Shown here piece by piece: positions 53,126-61,560 of a DNA stretch of 64,000 bases. The translations under genes were made by a program, and so were the position numbers. This DNA comes from an uncultured virus (IMG/VR IMGVR_UViG_2061766007_000921) (taxonomy: Duplodnaviria > Heunggongvirae > Uroviricota > Caudoviricetes): IMG/VR virus record IMGVR_UViG_2061766007_000921, one strand, 5' to 3'. Numbering within the stretch: the stretch's first letter is position 1; each line of letters opens with the position of its first letter. Under the pieces are notes generated by a model. That model was not told where the DNA came from. It did not search any database and was given only the letters and a program-made list of their open reading frames with translations.

Positions 53126-53162
53126 ATATTTTAAATGAACTTTGTTTTTTTGTTTTACTATG

Positions 53163-53193
53163 CAAATATAAAAACTTTTTTTCTACCTGCAAA
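53163..53193 (-). promoter_or_regulatory. Bacteroidota-type promoter
   Basis: TTTG-N19-TATATTTG. Confidence 0.8.
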
Positions 53194-53211
53194 ATTTATT
53201 TTAAAAAATTT

Positions 53212-53280
53212 GAGCTCCTTATCTTTGTCAGATGAGGAGCTCTTTTTAAGGAGGTGTTTATAATGTTTAACTCATCTGAC
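53212..53280 (-). promoter_or_regulatory. Attenuator 1: terminator 53212-53242 and antiterminator strand 53271-53280
   Basis: GTCAGATGAG is the perfect complement of CTCATCTGAC in the terminator 5' arm. Confidence 0.75.
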
Positions 53281-53403
53281 TCTATTATGATTTTCGGGAT
53301 CTTGTGTAAATCTTGCTCCGCCTTCTACACACAATACAACATTCCAACCCTGATTCATATCAAGATTGAACTTACTGTTACTATGTATGTTAGATAAAAT
53401 CAT
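53272..53403 (-). CDS. Leader peptide 1 (43 aa)
   Basis: MILSNIHSNSKFNLDMNQGWNVVLCVEGGARFTQDPENHNRVR; stop lies inside the antiterminator. Confidence 0.7.
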   Translation of the reverse strand: MILSNIHSNSKFNLDMNQGWNVVLCVEGGARFTQDPENHNRVR

Positions 53404-53479
53404 TTGTCAAATAAGTTTGTTAAAAATTTAATTGTATATATTATATATTAAAGTTCTGCGAGAGATTTTTTATTTTTGT

Positions 53480-53824
53480 TTACAAACAAAAATTTATTAA
53501 AGGTTTTACATCAATTACACGTTCTTCTACTGGATAGTATGCAGGAAAAGTATAAGTGATTTTATAATCTTTAAACTCTTCTTCCCATTCAATATATTTC
53601 CAGTCTATATTATCAAATCGTGGAAGACCAAAATCTGCAGACTCTTCATAAAATTCTACAGTTTTGTTTTTGTTGTTAATATTAAATTCTCCTCCACCGT
53701 ATACATATTCATCATCAGATCTTAAATCTCTATGATAAGATACCATACCAAGTTTAAGACGTCCTATAGGATGTTTTTCATGCACTTGATCTTTTTTAAC
53801 AGCAATAATAAATTTATAAGCCAT
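53480..53824 (-). CDS. Hypothetical protein
   Basis: 114-aa ORF, YHRDL...GGG.F...S.DFG. Confidence 0.65.
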   Translation of the reverse strand: MAYKFIIAVKKDQVHEKHPIGRLKLGMVSYHRDLRSDDEYVYGGGEFNINNKNKTVEFYEESADFGLPRFDNIDWKYIEWEEEFKDYKITYTFPAYYPVEERVIDVKPLINFCL

Positions 53825-53868
53825 ATTTTAAGTTATTTGTTATTATGATACAAATATACAAATAATAT

Positions 53869-54435
53869 TTAATTTAACAAAAAATTTTTATAGTTTTTGT
53901 AAATATAAGGAACCAACTTATCTATATCTAAATTATCTTTTATTATAATTTTACAATTATCTGTTTCATATTTTTTATATGTCTTATCTGCAACGCATAA
54001 TATTTTTTTATATTCATTATTCAATGTGCAGAAATCTATAATATTGTTTTGTGTATATATAATATCTTTATATTTTTCCCAAGACTTTACATCTAAAATA
54101 AAACATATGTTTTCTTTTGTAAAATTATTTAATCGTCTAATAAAGTTTTCTTTAACTGACTCTTTAACATCATTATGAGGATATAATACATTAACATTAT
54201 TGTCTATACATAATCCATAAGTTTCTTTTGATTTAGAAAAATTATGTATATTGTATGTAAGCTCTTTTATATTTAACAAATCGATACTATTAAAATTGTT
54301 TATTAAATATATGAAATCATCTCCATTAATCATATTACCCATAAATGGATTTGGATATTTACAATTAAAAAAGATTTTGTATAAAAGCTGTCCAACACAT
54401 GAAGATGATACAATATTTGGTATTATGTTATTCAT
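53869..54435 (-). CDS. DUF1919-like protein
   Basis: IVSSSCVG...NPF...RRL; probable start 54435. Confidence 0.5.
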   Translation of the reverse strand: MNNIIPNIVSSSCVGQLLYKIFFNCKYPNPFMGNMINGDDFIYLINNFNSIDLLNIKELTYNIHNFSKSKETYGLCIDNNVNVLYPHNDVKESVKENFIRRLNNFTKENICFILDVKSWEKYKDIIYTQNNIIDFCTLNNEYKKILCVADKTYKKYETDNCKIIIKDNLDIDKLVPYIYKNYKNFLLN

Positions 54436-54448
54436 ATAAAATTTAAAA

Positions 54449-54946
54449 TTATCTTCTTCCTGGATGATTATTTGGAGGAGTTGGTCTATTAGATGGTCCA
54501 TTTGGCCTTGGTCTATTATTTGGAGCCGGACCAGGTCTAACATTTGGCCTTGGCCTTGGCTGAGGACGAGGAGCTACTCTATGTCTATAATAATATGGAT
54601 AATAATGATAATAATAATTATTGTAATAAGGATAATGATAACCATAAGGATACACAACAACTGAAGTAGTACTTGTAACTCTTTCAGATTCAACAATTTG
54701 TTCTACTCCTTCTACAACAACTAATTGATTATCAATATAATGCTCTGTTCCGTTTTGTTCAACAAAATATACAGAAGTCAATGTGTCTTGCAGCGGAACT
54801 TCTTTCAAAACTACATTGTTATAACTTCTTATCCTTTCTCCTGCAGGAGACAATACAGAAACATTTCCAAGAGTAATTACTCTATTTGAAACAGCACAAC
54901 TTGTAATAAAGCATACAAGCAAAATCATAAACAAAATTTTTTTCAT
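54449..54946 (-). CDS. Lipoprotein with Tyr-rich and Pro/Arg-rich tail
   Basis: ITSC lipobox; low-complexity C-terminus. Confidence 0.65.
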   Translation of the reverse strand: MKKILFMILLVCFITSCAVSNRVITLGNVSVLSPAGERIRSYNNVVLKEVPLQDTLTSVYFVEQNGTEHYIDNQLVVVEGVEQIVESERVTSTTSVVVYPYGYHYPYYNNYYYHYYPYYYRHRVAPRPQPRPRPNVRPGPAPNNRPRPNGPSNRPTPPNNHPGRR

Positions 54947-54964
54947 ATGTGTATTATTTAAATG

Positions 54965-55360
54965 TTATTCTTTAACCCAATATCCGTATAATGAACGATT
55001 TCCGCAATCCCAAATATCATAATACTTGTTATTTGCAACTGCAGTAAGATGACTAGCAAGACTTAGAACATAAGTACCAGTATATTTACTTGCAAACTCT
55101 TTAACAGTAGGTCTTTTGCTTCCCTTTAAGACTTTAATAGGTACCCATCGAAATCCTTTAGATTCAAGATATTTACCAATAACTTTTCTGTCATTTGGCA
55201 TCAACTGCATTTTTCTTGCAATTGGAATCAAATCATCAAATACTGTATACCAACTTGAATTTGTTGCTTTAACTACTGCTCGTACTGCACAATCTCCACA
55301 CTTATGTGTATTTGGTTGGAAATATTCAAAATTACTTTTTTCTTTATCAGTCTTCTTCAT
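54965..55360 (-). CDS. Hypothetical phage protein
   Basis: GDCAVRA...HLTAV...YD.WDC. Confidence 0.7.
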   Translation of the reverse strand: MKKTDKEKSNFEYFQPNTHKCGDCAVRAVVKATNSSWYTVFDDLIPIARKMQLMPNDRKVIGKYLESKGFRWVPIKVLKGSKRPTVKEFASKYTGTYVLSLASHLTAVANNKYYDIWDCGNRSLYGYWVKE

Positions 55361-55371
55361 ATCACGAATAT

Positions 55372-56157
55372 TTACTTTTGACCTATAAGTATTTTAACAA
55401 TATCCCAAAGTTCATCAGTCAAGGTAAACAAATATGGATCATTGTTAAAATGTTCATCATTTTCATCTTTAATAATTGGAATTCCAAACAACTTACTATC
55501 AAAATATGTTGTCTTGTATCCCTCTTCACTGTCATATTTATAAAGAAGATATTCTATGACTTCTCTATTAACATTACTAAAACTGTTTTTTAAAATGGAA
55601 TGTTCTTTAATTTCATTTTTTGAAATAGCATCTATAATTCTACGATATAGATATCCTACATTTCCATCATGAATGTCATATGGATTAATATCATAATCAC
55701 TTACAAGATTATGTTTTGGTTCTGCTTTTGCCCACTGATTTCCGCAGTCTTTACACTCATTAACTACATAAGTATCTAAATGACCTTCGATACTTCCGCT
55801 ATGTGTATAATTGCCGCTATTATAAAATAATCCACCTGAAAAACTTCCAGATCCTGAAGAATGCCCGTTAAGAGATCCTTGAATTCTAAGAAACTTATCA
55901 ATTCTATTTTTACTCTTACAAATAGGACAGACTTGATTTTTTTCTTTTACTTTGGCTCTGTCTTTATCATAATCTTTCCAAGCAAGCTCACGATAATAAT
56001 TATATTTTAATCTAAGAAAATCATCAATAATTATTTTCCTAACATCATAGACTTTCTGTCTATCACTTTTGATTTTAGCAATTCTTGCCTCTTCGAGTGC
56101 TTGACGTTCTGCTCTGCGTCTTTTTATTCCAAACAAATCAAATTTATACTTCTTCAT
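55372..56157 (-). CDS. Hypothetical Zn-ribbon protein
   Basis: CPIC...CKDCG; start approximate. Confidence 0.6.
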   Translation of the reverse strand: MKKYKFDLFGIKRRRAERQALEEARIAKIKSDRQKVYDVRKIIIDDFLRLKYNYYRELAWKDYDKDRAKVKEKNQVCPICKSKNRIDKFLRIQGSLNGHSSGSGSFSGGLFYNSGNYTHSGSIEGHLDTYVVNECKDCGNQWAKAEPKHNLVSDYDINPYDIHDGNVGYLYRRIIDAISKNEIKEHSILKNSFSNVNREVIEYLLYKYDSEEGYKTTYFDSKLFGIPIIKDENDEHFNNDPYLFTLTDELWDIVKILIGQK

Positions 56158-56182
56158 TTTGTCTTTATTTAAAAGATCATTA

Positions 56183-56377
56183 TTAATATTCGTCAGAATC
56201 AAGTTGTCTTTTAATATCTTGTTTTACAGTTCTTCTTGAAACAAAATGAACCATACCTTCCCACCAATTTTCAATCTTTCTTCCCTTTTTGGTGTGAAGA
56301 TGATAATCTGTTTTCCAACTTCCAGAAAAACTAGTAGTTCCACTAGATAATTTCTTTCCTAAATTGTATGGTTTCAT
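56183..56377 (-). CDS. Small hypothetical protein
   Basis: MKPYNLGKK...NWWE; starts just after the CUA tRNA. Confidence 0.55.
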   Translation of the reverse strand: MKPYNLGKKLSSGTTSFSGSWKTDYHLHTKKGRKIENWWEGMVHFVSRRTVKQDIKRQLDSDEY

Positions 56378-56381
56378 ATTG

Positions 56382-56453
56382 TGCTCCATGCAGGAATCGA
56401 ACCCGCTTATATTCGTTTTAGGGACGAGCGACCAACCAATGGCCCAATGGAGC
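56382..56453 (-). tRNA. tRNA with CTA anticodon (amber suppressor candidate, C33)
   Basis: CTCGT-CCCTAAA-ACGAA anticodon arm; normal acceptor, D and T arms. Confidence 0.65.
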
Positions 56454-56498
56454 ATTTTGGTAATTATTTTAAAGTCAATTACCAAAACTTTTCTAATA

Positions 56499-56529
56499 CA
56501 AATATAACAATATATTTTATATCTGCAAA
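56499..56529 (-). promoter_or_regulatory. Bacteroidota-type promoter ahead of the CUA tRNA
   Basis: TTTG-N19-TATATTTG. Confidence 0.8.
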
Positions 56530-56530
56530 A

Positions 56531-56842
56531 TTATTTTAACAATTGTTCATTTTTAAATAGTTCTCCAGAATCTTCAACTGCAATAGCAGTCAGTTTATTT
56601 TTGAGATCAGGCTCATAAAAGCAAGAATAATCTTTTTGCAATTCTTTCAACTTATTGTTCCAAAAATTTATATCAGTCTTTAAGAAAACTAGATATTCAT
56701 TTCTCCAAAACTTTTTCTTACATTTATGATCTATCAAATATTGTGCAACAGCATGACTTCCTTGAACTGCAGCATATATAGGCTTCAATTTTCTGTCACA
56801 AAGAACATAAAGTCTTCGCTCTTGTTTATTCTTCTATTTCAT
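56531..56842 (-). CDS. Pth2-like peptidyl-tRNA hydrolase domain protein with in-frame TAG at codon 3
   Basis: MK*KNKQERRLYVLCDRKL...AVQGSHAVA...FYEPDL...TAIA. Confidence 0.6.
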
Positions 56843-57203
56843 CGTTTTCCAAATTTAATTCAATTCCTTGTTCTTTACAATCTTTAAAAAATTCTTCTTT
56901 CATTTTTTCTTTCAATTCATCATGATTAACTTGTGAATCAAAATCAGAATGTTCTTCTCTAAGAAGTTTTATTTTTATTGAATTATCAAGCATTTCTCCA
57001 AATAAAGAATCCTGAGGCTCAAAATACGTCTGATCATAATCAAGAGCAATTTCTTGTTTATAATACATACTAAGTATTTTTACAAACTTTTCTAATGTAT
57101 CAATATCAGAAAACATTGTATTCTTTGGCTTTGATATATCTTGTTTTTTATTGTTTTTCATACATCTAAAAATATTTTTAAACCAGGCATTATTCATTTT
57201 CAT
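56826..57203 (-). CDS. Hypothetical protein
   Basis: ORF in operon. Confidence 0.55.
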   Translation of the reverse strand: MKMNNAWFKNIFRCMKNNKKQDISKPKNTMFSDIDTLEKFVKILSMYYKQEIALDYDQTYFEPQDSLFGEMLDNSIKIKLLREEHSDFDSQVNHDELKEKMKEEFFKDCKEQGIELNLENDEIEE

Positions 57204-57666
57204 CTGCAGCAAAATATTTTTTATGTAATTTGTTATAAAGACCAGGAGCAGTATCTTCATAACCGTCTACTGATACATATGTATATTTTGCTTGGTCAGT
57301 TTTTAACCAAGATTCAAAATTTGGATCACAAGTTGATTTAGTAATTTCTTTACCAGATGTTCTAAGTTCTTCATAAAGTTTATAAAGAATTCTAAGAATT
57401 ATACCGCGATAAAAACATCTAGTTTGTGCTACATATGGATGTAAATGAGATTTAAGATATTTCTCAGGAAGATTTACAGTTTTACGTTGAGGCTTTTCAT
57501 CTTTCTGAAGAGCTTCAAGCTTTTTAATTTCTTCCAAAATATTCAAAGTATCATTTTGATCCTTTGAATTTTCTAAAATTTCTGATTGATTATTTGTAGA
57601 AGAGACTTCTTCTTTAGAATTTGTTATATTTTTAACAATGTCATGTAGTTTTTGTAAAGTATTCAT
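57190..57666 (-). CDS. Hypothetical protein
   Basis: 158-aa ORF. Confidence 0.6.
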   Translation of the reverse strand: MNTLQKLHDIVKNITNSKEEVSSTNNQSEILENSKDQNDTLNILEEIKKLEALQKDEKPQRKTVNLPEKYLKSHLHPYVAQTRCFYRGIILRILYKLYEELRTSGKEITKSTCDPNFESWLKTDQAKYTYVSVDGYEDTAPGLYNKLHKKYFAADENE

Positions 57667-57813
57667 AATATTAATTGTATATTTTAAGTTAATTTTAAAT
57701 TGTTTTTAATAATAAATGTCACCAAAAATATACACAATATTATGGAGGTTTATACTTCCTAAAAATCTAGTAATGATAATTTGTTCTCATATAAAATAAT
57801 CAAATTTAAATAT

Positions 57814-58737
57814 TTATTCAAATATTATATCTAATGAGTCATCAATAGTTTTTGTAGTTTTCAAATATTCTATAAATTCTTTAAATTTTTCTCTTACAAA
57901 TTCTGGTTTATACTTTCCATCATCTCTAATTATATATGGAATATATCCTGTTTTTATTATTTCATTTATCTTTATATTATCTCTATTTTGTACTTGTTCA
58001 ACTGAATGATTTTCTTTTATCTTTTTATAATGCCAAGGTCCATTCCATAATATAGCAATTTTAAAATCATGTATAATAACATCTGCATCCCAATTGTTAA
58101 ACATAGGAATATTATGTTCTACTGATTTAAAATTCTTTTCACACAATTCACAAAAATATATTTCATTTTTTGATCTTCTACTATCTCCTTGTGATAATAT
58201 TGCTTTTCTTCCTCCTTCAGAAATCTTTTCTAAAGCGTCTTTAGACAAAAATTCATTTCTGTGTGCTTTGTAATATTGATAACATTTATCACTACAACAT
58301 ATTTTGCTTTTTGATAAGCGTGTAGTATATTCTGAATTACAAACTACACATTTATGAATTTTTAAATGTTTTTCTGCTTCCTTTGACGAAGATTCTCTTA
58401 TTTTTTGTAAAGTTTCTTCAGAATGAACTCTTGAATTTGCACATGCTCTAGAACAATATTTTCTATATTTTCCCTTTTCATATTCTTTGTCAGTCAATGA
58501 TAATGAAAATTCTTTACCGCATTTTGGACAAATGAACACTCTATCTTTTCTTGTTAATTCATCTAATTCCTTTTCTTTTCTTTTTCTATCTGCTATAATT
58601 TTGCATGTTCTTATTGCATTTTGCTTTAAATATTCTCTATTTTCAAATTCAGCACAAGGATTTAATGAACAAAACTTTATATGATTAGAAAGTCCATGTT
58701 CATTAAATTCTTTACCACAATACTTGCATATAGGCAT
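57814..58737 (-). CDS. Putative homing endonuclease (Zn fingers plus Vsr-like domain)
   Basis: CxxC repeats, CSRACANSR, SKNE, WDAD, WNGPWH. Confidence 0.7.
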   Translation of the reverse strand: MPICKYCGKEFNEHGLSNHIKFCSLNPCAEFENREYLKQNAIRTCKIIADRKRKEKELDELTRKDRVFICPKCGKEFSLSLTDKEYEKGKYRKYCSRACANSRVHSEETLQKIRESSSKEAEKHLKIHKCVVCNSEYTTRLSKSKICCSDKCYQYYKAHRNEFLSKDALEKISEGGRKAILSQGDSRRSKNEIYFCELCEKNFKSVEHNIPMFNNWDADVIIHDFKIAILWNGPWHYKKIKENHSVEQVQNRDNIKINEIIKTGYIPYIIRDDGKYKPEFVREKFKEFIEYLKTTKTIDDSLDIIFE

Positions 58738-58798
58738 AATAAAAACTAAGATAAATTTTTATATTTATCTTAGTTGCGATAGAAAAATTCGAGCTTTG

Positions 58799-58885
58799 TT
58801 GCGGAAGTAGGACTCGAACCTACGAGGGATTTATGAATACCATGAGCTTATGAGACTCACCTGATGCCGCTTCAGACATTCCGCA
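58799..58885 (-). tRNA. tRNA(CAT) with long variable region
   Basis: Loop CTCATAA; ~19-nt variable region. Confidence 0.7.
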
Positions 58886-58896
58886 ATATAAAATTG

Positions 58897-58982
58897 TAGC
58901 GGGTCTCGGAGTCGAACCGAGTATCTCAACGGGTTATGAGCCCGGAATGATTTTATCAAATTATCCGTTTCACTCCCCCGCA
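58897..58982 (-). tRNA. Initiator tRNA-fMet(CAT), enlarged D loop
   Basis: GGG/CCC anticodon stem, 1:72 mismatch. Confidence 0.75.
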
Positions 58983-59060
58983 ATATATTATATTTATATT
59001 TCAAATATCTTTTTAAAAAATCTGTATTGTCATAAGAGTAACGGCTCTTTACAGATTTTA

Positions 59061-59612
59061 AAGTCCCATAATAATCTCTCTACCGTCATAGGTATCCATT
59101 ATCTCCCCTGTACTTTGATGGACAAACATCAAAAAGTCATAGTAACTCAAACAGGTTCCTTCTTGTACTAAGGTTTACTCTCGCTTTGTGTTGGGTTTTA
59201 ATACCATTCCCAATCAGCTTCAACCGTTTCCTCATACATCGTTCCTCAATCCTACTGCTAAACTACATTACAGTCTTGCTCATGAGGCCGAGCCAGCTTT
59301 TAACTGATGTACTAACATTAAAAGCACTTGGACAAAGCTCCTCCGAATTTACGATCAGTTACGTGTCTTGCCAAAAACGAATACTTTACGATAGTATTAA
59401 AACGATTTTAAATTCATAAGAATCTGAAACTTATTTCTACTGTGGTTTACTATACTAGCCAACCTGCCCACAGAGATAAAATACAGTGCTTCGCATTACT
59501 AATAGCTTATCTTATGATTGGGTTTAGCACCTTAATTCCCGTCACCACCGTTACCCCCGGTTCTCATATACTGGGTTTCAATCCTTGTAAATCCCTCCTA
59601 ATGTTTGGGACA
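59061..59612 (-). ncRNA. ~550-nt large structured RNA (ROOL/GOLLD-class candidate)
   Basis: No credible ORF; GTCCCA/TGGGAC closing helix; several AGTA/GAA loop-E motifs. Confidence 0.6.
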
Positions 59613-59674
59613 TATAAAATCCGGAACGCCGTACTCTCAATAAGGTTTAATCCTATTCCAATGAACTTAAACTG

Positions 59675-59760
59675 CGGTGAGAGAGGGATTCGAACCCCCG
59701 GACCCAGAAAGGATCAACAGTTTTCAAGACTGCCGCTTTAGACCGCTCAGCCATCTCACC
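59675..59760 (-). tRNA. tRNA-Ser(TGA)
   Basis: Cloverleaf, long variable arm. Confidence 0.92.
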
Positions 59761-59768
59761 ATATAGTA

Positions 59769-59920
59769 AACAAAAGAGAAATCAGCGAAATCTGTGTTTT
59801 CAGTTTACAAATTACAAGTTTGTTGCTTTACCACTAAGCTAATCGTTCAAAATTAATGGCGAACAATGATGGAGTCGAACCATCGAAATCGAAGTAAGAT
59901 TTTGCTTGGCTACTTTTGTT
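59769..59920 (-). ncRNA. Y-RNA-like 9 (module at the variable loop of a permuted Thr(TGT)-like tRNA)
   Basis: TAGCCAA..TTACTTCG, T arm, ATTGTTC-GCCA, linker, GAACGAT, D arm, anticodon arm, TTTCTC. Confidence 0.75.
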
Positions 59921-59983
59921 ATTTTCAGTATTTTAATGAACTCTATTATAAATTATATATCAAAAACAAGTTTTGATTAATTG

Positions 59984-60075
59984 CGGTGAGTAGAGGGCAT
60001 GATCCCCAGCCAGATTCTGCATCCGACCGCATAGTTTTCAAGACTAGCTCCAACCCCGTGTTGAATTTACTCACC
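59984..60075 (-). tRNA. tRNA-Ser(TGA), atypical D and T arms
   Basis: Loop CTTGAAA, long variable arm, G73. Confidence 0.75.
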
Positions 60076-60098
60076 ATATTATAAAAATTATATTAAAC

Positions 60099-60514
60099 AT
60101 AGGCGTGTTGTTACACCAAATGCTCCAACGGCTAGTTTTACAAACATTCCAGCGAATCAATTAACCTAACGTTGATTCTGCTGTATATCGTTCTCATGAT
60201 ATAAAGCCAAGATTATCACGTAATCTCATAAGGTTAAGTGCACGTTCCTCCCGTACTGGGGCACCTTATTTGTTATACTTGTCTCCGACTCCCATAATAT
60301 CTTTCATGTATCTAAGGAACGGCATGCATTTCAGCACGTCTTTATGTTAGAACATTCCAGTATTGGTGCTTATGACTCCGTGTGGCGTCGCATAGCGTGT
60401 AGGTTCACTGCCATACTGTGCCCTTGGGACATCCTCTTCGCCGTGTGTACCTACGGCCTAGTCCCTTCCACTTGCAACTCATTAAAGCTGGCTACTTTCA
60501 AGCCTACTACCTAT
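60099..60514 (-). ncRNA. 416-nt RNA containing 23S L11-binding-domain and sarcin-ricin-loop mimics
   Basis: GTAGGCTTGAAAGTAGCCAGCTTTAA...GGTGTAACAACAC; GTGC-CCCAGTACGGGAGGAACGT-GCAC. Confidence 0.72.
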
Positions 60515-60549
60515 TATTTAATATATTTTCAATGAACTTTCAATTAAAA

Positions 60550-60780
60550 ATCAACCTTTTGTTGCATACCAACTGGCTCCATCCTTGACTGTCCGGCAAT
60601 GGTTCACCAGAATGTTTCGCAGGCGCGCTACACCTAATTCATCTTTTTTGTTCAGTTTGCACTACTGGGAAAGATGTCTCCGATTGAAAACCAAGTTTTT
60701 GAGATCTCCGTTTGGTAGCTACTCCTACATCAATCTCTCAATCAAATTACATCTGACGGGATTTGATACTCCGTTTTGAT
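60550..60780 (-). ncRNA. ~230-nt structured RNA of unknown class
   Basis: Non-coding, GC-enriched, several hairpins, ATCAA/TTGAT ends. Confidence 0.45.
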
Positions 60781-60789
60781 GCTTCCTAG

Positions 60790-60881
60790 TGGGAGCGGAG
60801 GGATTCGAACCCACTTACTCATAAACCATTACGCCGATTTGTTACGAGGACGATTTTACGGACCGTTGGCGTTACACTCCC
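60790..60881 (-). ncRNA. Pseudoknotted Tyr(GTA)-like tRNA (D loop relocated)
   Basis: ACGCC, anticodon arm, CTCGTAA..GGCGT-AATGG..TTATGAG, T arm. Confidence 0.7.
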
Positions 60882-60906
60882 ATATTCATTATTTCAAAAA
60901 ACTCTG

Positions 60907-60979
60907 TGGCCCCGGTGGGACTCGAACCCACAATCTCCACGCTTAAAAGGCGGGAGCTTTACCATTCAGCTACAAGGCC
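60907..60979 (-). tRNA. tRNA-Lys(TTT)
   Basis: Cloverleaf. Confidence 0.88.
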
Positions 60980-60988
60980 TTTACCTTG

Positions 60989-61060
60989 TGCCCCCATCCG
61001 GAATCGAACCGGAACCCCGTGATTAAAAGTCACGTTGACTAACCATTATCCTATAAGGGC
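60989..61060 (-). tRNA. tRNA-Lys(TTT)
   Basis: Cloverleaf. Confidence 0.88.
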
Positions 61061-61103
61061 AAGTTATTTTATTGTCTATACCCATAATAGGATATAGAAC
61101 TTA

Positions 61104-61130
61104 TCAACGTTTCTGTTTAATCTTTTTCAT
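61104..61130 (-). CDS. Possible Lys-rich leader peptide MKKIKQKR
   Basis: Between a promoter and two tRNA-Lys genes; followed by a hairpin. Confidence 0.4.
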   Translation of the reverse strand: MKKIKQKR

Positions 61131-61152
61131 TTTTTTCTTTAGTTTAACATTA

Positions 61153-61183
61153 CAAATATACAAACTTTTTTGTAACCTGCAAA
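61153..61183 (-). promoter_or_regulatory. Bacteroidota-type promoter
   Basis: TTTG-N19-TATATTTG. Confidence 0.8.
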
Positions 61184-61207
61184 ATTTATTTTAAAATTTT
61201 TTATTTG

Positions 61208-61283
61208 TGGTCTCCCTGAGACTCGAACTCAGAAACCTTCGCCGTATCAGAGCGCTGCGCTAAACCAATTGCGCCAGGAGACC
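61208..61283 (-). tRNA. tRNA-Ile(GAT)
   Basis: Cloverleaf. Confidence 0.88.
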
Positions 61284-61291
61284 ATATTATT

Positions 61292-61540
61292 TTATCCAAT
61301 AAGCATCAAATCATCATTTTCTAATGCTCTTCTTATCCATCTCATAAGTATAATTGCTTTATCATAATGAGGCATAAATGATGCACTTTCTCCACAATCT
61401 ACTTTATTTGATAAATCAATTTCAACCATATACTTAACACCATTGCAAGAAGTAATAATATATTCTGCAACTCCTCCGCTTCTAATGCAATCAAGATTAG
61501 CAGTTCCTTTTACTATTTCTGTAAGTGTTTCAGTAATCAT
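61292..61540 (-). CDS. Hypothetical protein
   Basis: 82-aa ORF, DKAIILMRWIRRA. Confidence 0.65.
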   Translation of the reverse strand: MITETLTEIVKGTANLDCIRSGGVAEYIITSCNGVKYMVEIDLSNKVDCGESASFMPHYDKAIILMRWIRRALENDDLMLIG

Positions 61541-61560
61541 AATTATTAATTTTATATTTG

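Noticed and set aside
60099..60514. True rRNA gene fragment
   Set aside because: Only two short non-contiguous motifs match; the rest is not rRNA-like
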